Part shown: positions 53,021 to 63,484 of the stretch, in pieces
Layout: the number at the start of each line of letters is the position of its first letter
Numbering within the stretch: position 1 is the stretch's first letter
Assembly: GCA_965237955.1 (NCBI GenBank)
Contig: OZ250169.1
Location: 384,001-448,000 of the forward strand
DNA: 64,000 nucleotides
Source of the DNA: Candidatus Marinacidobacterales bacterium
GTDB lineage: Bacteria > Acidobacteriota > Vicinamibacteria > Marinacidobacterales > SMYC01
Direction of reading: 5' to 3'
Made by a program: the position numbers and the translations under genes
Notes under the pieces: model-generated
What the model was told of the DNA's origin: nothing
Seen by the model: the letters and a program-made list of their open reading frames with translations, nothing else
The model's database searches: none

Positions 53021-54105
53021 GGCGTTGTTGCACGGCCCGGAGCAAATCGCTGACCTCCCTGTGCCGGTTGCAGAGTCACCCGGCGCAGTACGTATCGGGC
53101 ATCCCGAGCGCAGCCATCTTGTTGAGTATCTCGCACCCAATTCGGTGTTCAACTCGTTGCCTCTCCAACGTTCGAGCCCGCATCTCCGGCCCGATGATCG
53201 CCTTGTAACGATAGACCGCGTTCTCCACCATGCTTCGCTTGGTGTAGCCTGAGAGCTTGTACCATTCACGTCGGCCGTGTCTTTCGATTGCATGAATATG
53301 GCGATCGCGCTCCTGCATGGCGGTGTTCGAATTCTGACTGAGCGTCGCGTTTCGTTGCGGCGGAATCACCACGCGCGTCCTTCGTCCAGGACTGTGCGCT
53401 TCGATGGCTTCGTAGACCGCTTCCTTGTCGTATGCACTGTCCGCCGCCACCGACACTAGAGGTGCTTGAATCTGTGTTAGCAAAGCGGGGACTCGCGTTG
53501 CGTCGCGAGCTCGTGACGCCGTCAGTTCGGACGCAACAATGTTCCCTGTCTCGCGATCAACGGCGATGTGCAACTTGCGCCATGCGCGCTGCTTTGGCGG
53601 TTTGCGAGCGTTTCCAACATGAATCCTCAAGCCCGTGCTATCGATCATCAGGTGGATGGGTTGAGTGCTCGCGGCTTTCGGAATCCGCAGCTTCTTGCGG
53701 AGCAACCTCGAGCGCCGAGACAACGTCGAGTAGTCCGGGATCTCGATACCGAGCCCGAGAAGCGAGGCGATCGAGTGCAAGAAGCCTTCGGTTTGGCGGT
53801 AGGCGAGCTTGTACACCATCCGGACAACCAGGCCCGTTTCAATCGCCATGTCTGAATAGACCTGTTGACCGCCAGGCTTACCGGTCTTGTCGGCCTTCCA
53901 GTTCGCGATTGCCTCCTCGTCAAACCAGACTGTCAAATCGCCCCGGCGGCGCAGCCCTTCGTTGTATTCCGCCCAGTTGCGAACGTGGTACTTCTTCTGC
54001 TTCGCGTGCTTGTACTGGCAGCGCTTGGGATACTTCATGCTCGAACATACCTCGGCCACCACCATAGGCGGATTTCGCTCTCAGCCAGAGCGGTGCAACA
54101 ACGCC
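53021..54105 (-). mobile_element. IS5-family element, copy 2
   Basis: Near-identical to 38865-39949; abuts a half CRISPR repeat. Confidence 0.92.
53076..54038 (-). CDS. IS5 transposase
   Basis: Same motifs as copy 1. Confidence 0.92.
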   Translation of the reverse strand: MKYPKRCQYKHAKQKKYHVRNWAEYNEGLRRRGDLTVWFDEEAIANWKADKTGKPGGQQVYSDMAIETGLVVRMVYKLAYRQTEGFLHSIASLLGLGIEIPDYSTLSRRSRLLRKKLRIPKAASTQPIHLMIDSTGLRIHVGNARKPPKQRAWRKLHIAVDRETGNIVASELTASRARDATRVPALLTQIQAPLVSVAADSAYDKEAVYEAIEAHSPGRRTRVVIPPQRNATLSQNSNTAMQERDRHIHAIERHGRREWYKLSGYTKRSMVENAVYRYKAIIGPEMRARTLERQRVEHRIGCEILNKMAALGMPDTYCAG

Positions 54106-56943
54106 GGTTGATGCCCCGGCCTTCGTTGAGCGACTGACCTCATGATGATAGAAATCGAGACCAGGATCAAGTGTCGCCGGGGTTGATGCCCCGGCCTTCG
54201 TTGAGCGCATTGGTCCTTCGCCCAAAGCTCCAATAGTTTCGCGTGTCGCCGGGGTTGATGCCCCGGCCTTCGTTGAGCGGCGGTCGCAACGATCAAGTGG
54301 TGCGTGCCATGGCGCTGGTGTCGCCGGGGTTGATGCCCCGGCCTTCGTTGAGCGGGGATCTACTCCGAGCGCTGGGCCTGGCACCGCGGCATGTGTCGCC
54401 GGGGTTGATGCCCCGGCCTTCGTTGAGCGCGTTACTAGTAGTCAAGAGAATAAGGGCGGAAATCGAGTGTCGCCGGGGTTGATGCCCCGGCCTTCGTTGA
54501 GCGTGCTGCCATCTGTACCTGCGAGCAAGTAGTATGACCACGTGTCGCCGGGGTTGATGCCCCGGCCTTCGTTGAGCGCCGCGCTCGCCTTCGGCCAGCC
54601 GCAGATCCCCGAGTGTCGCCGGGGTTGATGCCCCGGCCTTCGTTGAGCGGGTAAAGTACCGACACTCGCTCTTGGGTACGGGGGAGCCGTGTCGCCGGGG
54701 TTGATGCCCCGGCCTTCGTTGAGCGGAGGCGTTCAGCGACAAGCTGATCGCGCTGGAGCGAGGTGTCGCCGGGGTTGATGCCCCGGCCTTCGTTGAGCGT
54801 CGCAGTAGCGCAACTGGACGTACGGCGCGGGCGGATGTGTCGCCGGGGTTGATGCCCCGGCCTTCGTTGAGCGTGTCCCAGTTCGAGGAGCCTAAGGGCG
54901 GCGATCTCGCGGGTGTCGCCGGGGTTGATGCCCCGGCCTTCGTTGAGCGAGGCACGCCAGAAGAGAAGGCCGAGCACGAGTAGTGGGTGTCGCCGGGGTT
55001 GATGCCCCGGCCTTCGTTGAGCGCGGCCACGCGCCCATCTGAGCGACGCGGTCGATCCGCGCGTGTCGCCGGGGTTGATGCCCCGGCCTTCGTTGAGCGT
55101 CCTATTCCTCTCGCCGGACCGACCATTTGGGCAAACGTGTCGCCGGGGTTGATGCCCCGGCCTTCGTTGAGCGAGGGTCGGTCGCGATTGCGATCCAGGC
55201 GGGTCTCGAGGTGTCGCCGGGGTTGATGCCCCGGCCTTCGTTGAGCGTCTGCCGCGGTCGGGCAACTGCACGACTAAAACAGGAGTGTCGCCGGGGTTGA
55301 TGCCCCGGCCTTCGTTGAGCGTGGGCTGCCCGGGCGGTCGGCATTCCCGTCGTCGGACTGGTGTCGCCGGGGTTGATGCCCCGGCCTTCGTTGAGCGCAT
55401 CTCTGCTACTGGCGGGGGCGCGGGGGACGGCGTCGCGTGTCGCCGGGGTTGATGCCCCGGCCTTCGTTGAGCGGTTATATCGGCGAGGGAAAGATCGTCG
55501 AGCTCGTCGTGTCGCCGGGGTTGATGCCCCGGCCTTCGTTGAGCGCTGTTCGAGTCGCAGAGCGGCGATTACTACGTCGGCGTGTGTCGCCGGGGTTGAT
55601 GCCCCGGCCTTCGTTGAGCGGACTACAGCGATCGCGAGCTCGGCAGATCGATGCTGGTGTCGCCGGGGTTGATGCCCCGGCCTTCGTTGAGCGAAGCTGG
55701 CGCCCATCCGGTGCCGGAAAAGGAGTAGAATGTGTCGCCGGGGTTGATGCCCCGGCCTTCGTTGAGCGTATCTGCGGCCAGGGACGTTCGCTGCGTCAGA
55801 ACGGCGGTGTCGCCGGGGTTGATGCCCCGGCCTTCGTTGAGCGGACGTGCAGGTCGGGCTTGAGTTCATCGAGTTCCCGTGTCGCCGGGGTTGATGCCCC
55901 GGCCTTCGTTGAGCGCCGCCGTCGTGCACTCCCCCGCAGACTCCCCACGGGCCGTGTCGCCGGGGTTGATGCCCCGGCCTTCGTTGAGCGGACGGAACGG
56001 GCACCATGATCGACCTCGCCAATCGAGGTGTCGCCGGGGTTGATGCCCCGGCCTTCGTTGAGCGTACCGAACCGGCAACTTCACGCTGTTCGACGATCAC
56101 GTGTGTCGCCGGGGTTGATGCCCCGGCCTTCGTTGAGCGCAGTCCTGCACGGTGGGGCTTGGGTTCGCCGCGCGGTGTCGCCGGGGTTGATGCCCCGGCC
56201 TTCGTTGAGCGGAATTCGTGCGTACTTGATCATGCGCACGCGCGAGTGTCGCCGGGGTTGATGCCCCGGCCTTCGTTGAGCGGCGTCCTTCACCTTCTCG
56301 TCGAGGCGGAGCAGCTCGAGTGTCGCCGGGGTTGATGCCCCGGCCTTCGTTGAGCGTGTTCGCCGGAGTGTGAGCGCGAGGCGCGGAAGGCCCGTGTCGC
56401 CGGGGTTGATGCCCCGGCCTTCGTTGAGCGCGAAAGAAGTTTGCCGAAAGTGCGGTGGGCGTGGCGTGTGTCGCCGGGGTTGATGCCCCGGCCTTCGTTG
56501 AGCGCGCCGCGTCGCTACCATTTCTGACAGTGAGATCACGAAGTGTCGCCGGGGTTGATGCCCCGGCCTTCGTTGAGCGCTCGAAGTACTCGGCGAGCCC
56601 GGATTTGAGGACGAGTGTCGCCGGGGTTGATGCCCCGGCCTTCGTTGAGCGCTCTTCACCACGAACGCGATGAACTGCACTATGACCGTGTCGCCGGGGT
56701 TGATGCCCCGGCCTTCGTTGAGCGCAGACATGGTTGAGGGCGGTGGCGTCGGCGAGGCCTGTGTCGCCGGGGTTGATGCCCCGGCCTTCGTTGAGCGCAG
56801 ACATGGTTGAGGGCGGTGGCGTCGGCGAGGCCTGTGTCGCCGGGGTTGATGCCCCGGCCTTCGTTGAGCGTCATGCCGAACACCCGCACATTCCCTCCTC
56901 GGCCTCGTGTCGCCGGGGTTGATGCCCCGGCCTTCGTTGAGCG
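54106..56943 (+). CRISPR. CRISPR array 3, type I-G (I-U)-like 37-bp repeat, about 39 repeats
   Basis: GTGTCGCCGGGGTTGATGCCCCGGCCTTCGTTGAGCG; I counted 38 full repeats plus one 5'-truncated; spacers about 34-40 bp; subtype inferred from repeat resemblance. Confidence 0.97.
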
Positions 56944-56956
56944 TCCTCGGGATCGC

Positions 56957-57139
56957 TGCCCCGCGCCAAAACTCGGCCTTTTTGAAATAGACCATAAATC
57001 GGCAGCTTAGTGTCTGTGTTTGCGACCGGGCCAAGGGCCGTGGGCTTTACAATTGTCTGGCCCGAGGGTGTTATCTTCAGAACCATGATGACGTACCACG
57101 TGCAATTCTTACTGCTCGTTCTGGCTGGCTGGGTCAACC
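56957..57139 (+). mobile_element. End A with transposase start, mutated tip
   Basis: GCCCCGCGCCAAAACTCGGCC...MMTYHVQFLLLVLAGWVN. Confidence 0.82.
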
Positions 57140-57275
57140 CGTCTGGTCAAAATACTCGAACGCCCAGCGGGTCAGCGGTTTGCACCTTCCCAAAGGCCGC
57201 TTGAATCCGCCATCGCGGTCGGATACGTATTCTCAAGTTCAGCGGAAGGAGTCGCGATGGACTGGAAGACCATAC
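57140..57275 (+). mobile_element. Lineage C left end with transposase start
   Basis: CGTCTGGTCAAAATACTC...ATGGACTGGAAGACC (MDWKT). Confidence 0.82.
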
Positions 57276-57455
57276 TGGCCTTCGTGAGCATCACCAGCGA
57301 TATATTTGGGTCCAACTTCTACGATTTCTTCTACGACTGGGAAGTGTCCTGGCAGTAGTTGACGGAGGCGTTGGGTCGCAGCTACTCCGAACGATTCTTC
57401 CGCAAGCTGTTGAAGGGGCAAGGCCACCCGCCCTGGCGGCTGGTCACCGACAAGC

Positions 57456-57572
57456 GGCGTTGTTGCACGGCCCGGAGCAAATGGCTGACCTCCCTGTGCC
57501 GGTCGCAGAGTCACCCGGCGCAGCTGCTGATTCATGGTCTATTTCAAAAAGGCCGAGTTTTGGCACAGGACG
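57456..57572. mobile_element. IS5 end fused to end A
   Basis: GGCGTTGTTGCACGGCCC...CCGGCGCAG joined to CTGCTGATTCATGG...GGCACAGGACG. Confidence 0.8.
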
Positions 57573-57653
57573 ACCACCAACACCGCTCTACCGAGCCATT
57601 CGCTCGCCGTATCCTTACAGAACCATCCGGCTGGAAAAGTTTTTGTCCACACC

Positions 57654-57719
57654 CGTCGTGTCCGATAATACGAACGGAGCCCAAAAGCTCGAATCCTAGA
57701 GGTGTTCTCGGACACGACG
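57654..57719. mobile_element. 66-bp minimal lineage B element
   Basis: CGTCGTGTCCGATAA...TTCTCGGACACGACG; interior resembles 29372-29427. Confidence 0.7.
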
Positions 57720-57750
57720 AGTCTGGACTCCTTTTTTTGAGCTTGTTCGC

Positions 57751-59064
57751 CTACTTGAAGGAGGTGGCCGCGCGCCTGCCAAAGTGCTTCTGGTAAAGGA
57801 AGGAGACAAACATCAAAACCAGTCCTAGCACGAGGAACGATAGGATGCGATAACCCCGTTCCAAAAAGGATATATCAATCAGGAACGCCTTCAGCACAAC
57901 CACACCAATGAGAGCCAGCCCCTGCCGGCGCAAGGCCGCGGAACCACGCTGCACTCCCAACACAATGTGTACGGATGAGTAAAGAATCCACAACAGCGAG
58001 AGTGCCAGTTGTTGGGATAGCCGCGGCTCAATGATAGTCGTTTCCACCCGGCCAAATGCCTCCCAGATTTCCATGGAAAGGGCCGAGAGGATTAACACAT
58101 TTGCAGCAAGACCGACAGCTTTGAAGATGCGCTCTTCGTAGCCCGAAAGTGCACCCTCACCTTCATGGTGTTCCCTTGCCAGAAAGAAGGCTACAGCGAA
58201 ACAGGCCGCCGCAACCGCAAAGGTGGCAAAACGAGGATTGGAAAGGAAGCGGTCAGCTTGAATCGGCAGGGCCCACAGTCGAATTGCCACCAGGACGAAA
58301 AGCGAAAGTCCGAACCATCGCAGCAGATAATGTCTGATGCGTAGTCCGGTCCACACCAGTACGGTTCCTTCAATCGCCCACGCCATCGTGACCCATTTAC
58401 CGTCGAACTGGGTGAGTACAGCGAGGGTTATCAGCGTGAGCCCCAGTCCCGTGTAGAGCAATGCCGTCGGAGAAGTCGTCCCCCTCTCATCTTGTGCGGC
58501 CAACCAGGCCACACTCAAGTGGATCGCCACCAACACCAACAGCCACAAAGTAAGAGACCCTCGGTAATGCTCGTAGAGCATGGCGTTAAGTGCCGCCAGG
58601 TACCAGGTCACGTTTGCCAGCACGACGACCATCTGTGCGGCACGCAATTTCGGTCCCCGACGCGCTTGCAAAAGTGGAATGACTCCGAACTCGGTGAAGA
58701 AAGCGGTCGCAAAGAAGAAAGTCAGAAGAAGTTTTTCCGAGGTGTAGTATTGGTCGTACCAGGTGGTGAAATAACCGATTGTCCAGACCAGGCAGACAAT
58801 TTCCAGAGCGCGCCAGGTGCGCCACCGCGACAGCACCAGCAGGCCCGCGTTGAGCACTGCCAGATAGCTGAACAACGTACGCTGTGAGTCTTCTCCAGTA
58901 CTCAACAACGCGGGAGTCAGAAAGCCACCCAGCATCGCCAGAAATGCGACCGACTGCGAGTTACGCCGAATGGCCACCGTAAGCATTCCCGCAGTAACCG
59001 CCAACATTGCGATAAACGCCACGCCTTGCTCCGCCAGCAGTGGTGCAACGAACCCACCGTGCAC
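57751..59064 (-). pseudogene. DUF2339-like multi-pass membrane protein, 5'-truncated
   Basis: GGFLTPALLSTG, YLAVLNAG, WAIEG, KAFLIDI...RILSF..LG. Confidence 0.78.
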
Positions 59065-59261
59065 GGCGGTAAATCGACACGGCCATCGGCGTGAGGTTCA
59101 GACTGTCGCGCTGGTATTGTCAAGTTTTCCACGGCCTGACGGCCACCCCGAATGAATGAAACGCGGCAGTCTCTGGAGGTGGCACCGGCTCAACACAACG
59201 CCTGAGGGAGCTCGGTTTTGACGTCACTGCCCCCAAACGCTACACCCTGAGTTTCTTATTA

Positions 59262-59937
59262 GTTGACGTTAAGCGAGCGAACCTATCGTGTCGAGCTGAC
59301 TTTCTTTGCTCTCGTCATGCGGCACACGTTACCTCGTGCCAAACGATGAAAGCGCGGTCTCGTAGCTCCCGATGATGACGCGCTTGCAACAAATGCCGTC
59401 CGACGCGAAAGAGGTTTTGCACGAGTCCATGCACGGTCAAGAATCGTTGCGCCTGCCCAGGAGTTTTAAACTTCCGCATCTGTCGTTCCCGTTGTCGCGT
59501 CGGTTCGTGCGAGACTTCGGCTAGGTTGTTTCTGTACTGGTCAGTGTCGTGGACGACGGACGGCATGACCTCGCGGTGAGCGGCGCTGTAGCTTCTCAGC
59601 TTGTCGGTGACCAGCTGCCAGGGCGGGCGGCCTTGCCCCTTCAACAGCTTGCGGAAGAATCGTTTGGCGGCTTTCTGATCACGGCGAGGCTGGACGAGGA
59701 TATCAATCACATCACCATCTTGGTCTACCGCGCGCCAGAGGTATTGGCGTTCACCTTGTATCTTTATGAAGACCTCGTCTAGGTGCCACGTGTCACCGAG
59801 ACGACCCTGCCGACGCTTCAGTCGCCGAGCGTATTCCGGCCCGAACTTGATGCACCACAGTCGGATCGCTTCGTAAGAGACCGTGATGCCTCGCTGAGCA
59901 AGCAGCTCTTCGACGTTTCGAAAGCTCACGCAGAATC
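59262..59937 (-). pseudogene. IS6 element lacking its 5' end
   Basis: RFCVSFRNVEELL...WHEVTCAA; upstream replaced by an intron end. Confidence 0.88.
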
Positions 59938-60043
59938 GTTGAGTAGGCCGGGGAGTCACACCCCCAGCCTCTCGCAGAACGGTACGTGAACCTCTCGACT
60001 CATACCGCTCCAATCAGGCGAACACACCTGTCATCCCGAGGTG
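59938..60043 (-). ncRNA. Group II intron 3' remnant (domains V-VI)
   Basis: GAGCGGTATGAGTCGAGAGGTTCACGTACCGTTC (D5) + TGCGAGAGGCTGGGGGTGTGACTCCCCGGCCTACTCAAC. Confidence 0.85.
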
Positions 60044-60230
60044 CCCTCTACACTAATTTCAAGGAGCGGATTGTCTCAAGGATGTTGGCACAGAGGGTCA
60101 CAACACGGTTCTCCTCCTGCAGATACTCAAGAATCTTCTGCTGCTCCTAGTTCAACCAACCAGCCAGGAACGAAACCAGGAAGATTCGTGGCGGCACGGC
60201 ACACGAGCGGGAGCATCCAGACTTGGGAAC

Positions 60231-60523
60231 CTACTCCTGAAGAAGCCGGATCACGTATCCCAAGATGCCAGAGCCGAGTCCGATTCCAGCTTTCACGATA
60301 TGGGATTCGTTGCGTCTAAAGAAGTTTGCATGTTCGTGGCGCTTCTTTAAGAAGAGTAGATTGCGGCGAATCTTAATCCGCCCGCTGGCGAAAATATAGA
60401 CGCCAAGCGCGGCCAAGAAGAGGAGCCACGCCGCAGCGTTATTGTGGTAGCGCGACAAAACAAAACCGTACATTATCAAGACTGGCAGGGCGAAACAGGC
60501 GGTCCGCACTAAAAACCAGAGCG
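60231..60523 (-). pseudogene. Membrane protein 3' fragment, clipped at end A
   Basis: Hydrophobic frame starting exactly at the junction. Confidence 0.5.
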
Positions 60524-60750
60524 CGTCCTGTGCCAAAACTCGGCCCTTTTGAAATAGCCCATAAATCAGCAGTTTAGCGTCTGTGTTTGCGACCGGGCCA
60601 AGGGCCGTAGGCTTTACGGTCGTCTGGACCGAAGGTGTTATCTTCAGCTCCATCATAATGTACCACGTGCAATTCCTACTGCTCGTTCTAGCTGGCTGAG
60701 GCAACCGCCATCAGCAGGATATGATCGACTACCTCCGAAAGGAGAACTGT
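60524..60750 (+). mobile_element. End A with degenerate transposase start
   Basis: Aligns with about 60964-61185. Confidence 0.85.
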
Positions 60751-60779
60751 GATGCAAATCAACGCTGCATCGAGTTTTT

Positions 60780-60963
60780 GCGGAGCACCGGTACGGGAAG
60801 GTGAATGAACACAACGGCCTGGTGCCGCGGGATCACTGGATCGAAGAATGGGAGCGCCAGTCCGTGATCGACTACTTCGACTGCCACCCACTGGACGGGT
60901 ATCGCCGACTCACGTTCATGATGCTGGACGAAGACGTGGTGGCAGTTAGCCCCTCGACGACGT
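60780..60963 (+). pseudogene. IS3-like transposase fragment
   Basis: EHNGLVPRDHW...GYRRLTFMMLDEDVVAVSPST, clipped at end A. Confidence 0.7.
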
Positions 60964-61315
60964 CGTCCTGTGCCAAAACTCGGCCCTTTTGAAATAGACC
61001 ATAAATCAGCAGCTTAGTGTCTGTGTTTGCGACCGGGCCAAGGGCCGTAGGCTGTACAATCGTCTGGCCGAGGGTGTTATCTTCAGTTCCATGATGACGT
61101 ACCACGTGCAATTTCTACTGCTCGTTCTGGCTGGGTCAACCGCCAGCAGCAGGATGTGATCGACTACCTGCAAGAGGAGAACCGTGTGCTCCGAGCCAGG
61201 CTTCGGGGCAAGCGTCTCAGGCTCTCTGACGACGATCGGCGCAGGCTCGCCGTCAAGGCCCAGGCTTTGGGCCGCGAGGCGCTGGCCCAGATTGCGTCCG
61301 TTGCCACACCCTCTA
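60964..61315 (+). mobile_element. Longest end A copy with transposase N-terminus
   Basis: TIR, leader, MMTYHVQF (frameshift) VNRQQQDVIDYLQEENRVLR...VATP. Confidence 0.88.
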
Positions 61316-61490
61316 CGCTTGTGCGCTACAGCCATGAGAGCGACGTCCTGCGAACTCGTCTTCGACCCGGTGGAAATCCTGCACGCTGTCGCCGCCGGGC
61401 GACCGACGCCTACTCGGCACGTCACGCCAGAACGCTAAGCATCGGGTTGCGAATCTGAGGGACCGGACGTCATACTTAAAGGGCACCCGC

Positions 61491-62153
61491 ATGAATGTCA
61501 CCAAGCTCGACCAACTCCTCCAGTACGCTCTTGTGGTAGCCGCTCAAGCCCGGCACGGCGTAACCCTTACACAGCTAGTGAAATACGCCTACTTGGGAGA
61601 CCTTGAGTTCGCAAGATGCCACGAAGGGCAGACGTACACCGAGACAGAATGGAAGTTCTTACACTTTGGACCTTGGGCAGCGAGCGTCCAAGATCGCGTG
61701 CCAGATTCAATGGACGCGATCGGTGCTCGCGCGGACGAGTTTGAGGTTGAGGACGGTGGACACGGGGTTTCCTACTCCCTGGACGGCCAGTTCGACGATT
61801 CCCTCCTGACAAGATTCGAGCGCGAGCTCCCCGTAGAGATCGCACGGACTATCAAGTACGCTGTTCACAAATATGTCCATAATGCCAATTCACTGCTGCA
61901 CTTCGTCTACGCAACCGAGCCAATTCTGAACGCCGCGCCTGGCGAGGTCCTCGAGTTTTGCACGGCGCGCCCGCCCGAAACGCCGTCGTCCCAAGAGGCG
62001 CTGACGGCTTCACCCCCCATGAGTAGGAAAGCGCTCCGAGAACGGCGCGCGAAGTTTGCGGAAGTCCGCGAGGAGGCACGGCATCGCATGCACGAATATC
62101 TCGAGCGTCGCCATGCTCTTCAGAAGCAGGCGGCGGTGACGCCGCCCGCGTGA
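61491..62153 (+). CDS. Panacea/DUF4065 (SocA-like) antitoxin-domain protein, probably 3'-clipped
   Basis: LTQLVKYAYLGDL...GQTYTETEWKFLHFGPW; stop lies inside the duplicated unit. Confidence 0.7.
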   Translation: MNVTKLDQLLQYALVVAAQARHGVTLTQLVKYAYLGDLEFARCHEGQTYTETEWKFLHFGPWAASVQDRVPDSMDAIGARADEFEVEDGGHGVSYSLDGQFDDSLLTRFERELPVEIARTIKYAVHKYVHNANSLLHFVYATEPILNAAPGEVLEFCTARPPETPSSQEALTASPPMSRKALRERRAKFAEVREEARHRMHEYLERRHALQKQAAVTPPA

Positions 62154-62440
62154 GAATAGGAGATGGATGACATGAACAGCCCCAAGGAAATTCCTTTGCG
62201 CTCAGACTGGATGTAACTGGTCGCTGCAGACGCTTTCCGAGCTCGGCCAGAGACCGCCGTTCGCCATCGGTCAGGCACAGCGACCCTGGGTCTGAATTCG
62301 AAGAACTGGATTCTTGGCCACAAGATACTCGTTGCGCAGGAGCAACTCCTCATCCACGGACCCTGGCCCGGTCGCAAACACAGACGCTAAGCTACTGATT
62401 CATGGTCTATTTCAAAAAGGCCGAGTTTTGGCACAGGACG
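62146..62440 (-). repeat. 295-bp composite unit, copy 2
   Basis: Near-identical to 752-1046. Confidence 0.85.
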
Positions 62441-62572
62441 GCCACGGCGGACTCGGTAGTACCGCGTCGCCCCGGCCGTCAGGCGGGTATAGGAGTAGGC
62501 GGTGGCGGGGGTGCCGGTGTTTGTTGCCAGAATGTCCAGGGTTCCGCCGCCATCGATGGACATCTCGATCCG

Positions 62573-62705
62573 CTAGTCCCCTGTATCAGAACAAACTAGA
62601 TAAAGCAGAGCTTGCCGAAACCCTTCTAAGTGCATGAATCTTATGAATCTTATGGGCTGGCGAAAAGCCTAACTTTGTATACTAATCAAAGATCCAGGGG
62701 ACTAG
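62573..62705. mobile_element. MITE E, copy 2 (inverted)
   Basis: Reverse complement of 23907-24039; abuts a lineage B end at 62708. Confidence 0.88.
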
Positions 62706-62774
62706 CCCGTCGTGTCCAAAAATACAAATGCGTTGCAAGCCCTTGATGGTCGTGCTCTTCTTGATAATGAGAAG

Positions 62775-63329
62775 CAGCCGTAGCGACGCCGTCGGTACGG
62801 CGAACAGATCCATCGCGGCGATGTCGTCCTTGTGGTTCCGCAAGAACGCAATCCATCGCTTCACTTCGTCGGGTTCGGCTCGGCGGTGCGGCATGTATCG
62901 CGACACCGTCATCTCGCTGACAACGAATCCGAGCTTCGTCAGCTCAGCGTGGATACGAGGTGCACCCCAGCCGTCTTGGGCCATCGTGCGGACGAGACGA
63001 CGAATCTCGGCATCAATCCGAGGTCGACCTGGATAGCGCGGACGGGAGATCCGAGCCCAGTATCGGCGGAACCGATCTCGATTCCACCGGGCGACCGTGT
63101 CGGCGTTCACGATAACGAGCCGGCTCGCCCACGCTGGCCACGAGCTTCGGAGCGCAACCCAGAATGCTCGGTCCGTGTCCTCGAGCGGTGGCCGGGGGCG
63201 CTCCTTCTTCAACGCCGTAACTTGCTGCCGCAGGGCCAGGTTTTCAATCACGAGGTCGGCTCGGCACCGACACATCGCCCGGATCGCACGGGCGCCGAGT
63301 GAGACGAGGAAGATGAGGACACGGAGCAT
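62775..63329 (-). pseudogene. rve transposase N-terminal half (ENLALRQQ type)
   Basis: VIENLALRQQV, WGAPRIHAELTKLG, FLRNH...AMDLFAV, then breaks off. Confidence 0.85.
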
Positions 63330-63484
63330 GGCGGCAGAGTTTGCCGTCTCAAGACCGGGATCTCAAGCGGGAGATGCGCTCGTTGGCCGAGGCGTGAACG
63401 GTGCGTAAGTCCTTGATTTCAGGAGCGGACGGATATTGATGATGCACAGGTTGCGCTATCGGGACTTGATGGCCCAATCCGTAA

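Noticed and set aside
20446-56906. Spacers matching sequence within the window
   Set aside because: None noticed by eye; a proper alignment is needed, so this is not claimed either way
54081-57034. Long ORFs of 190-330 aa with repeated peptides (RSTKAGASTPAT etc.)
   Set aside because: They are translations of CRISPR repeats
74-62440. Integron cassette array
   Set aside because: No tyrosine integrase or attC-type palindromes; the repeat is a transposase-linked terminus in both orientations and cuts genes
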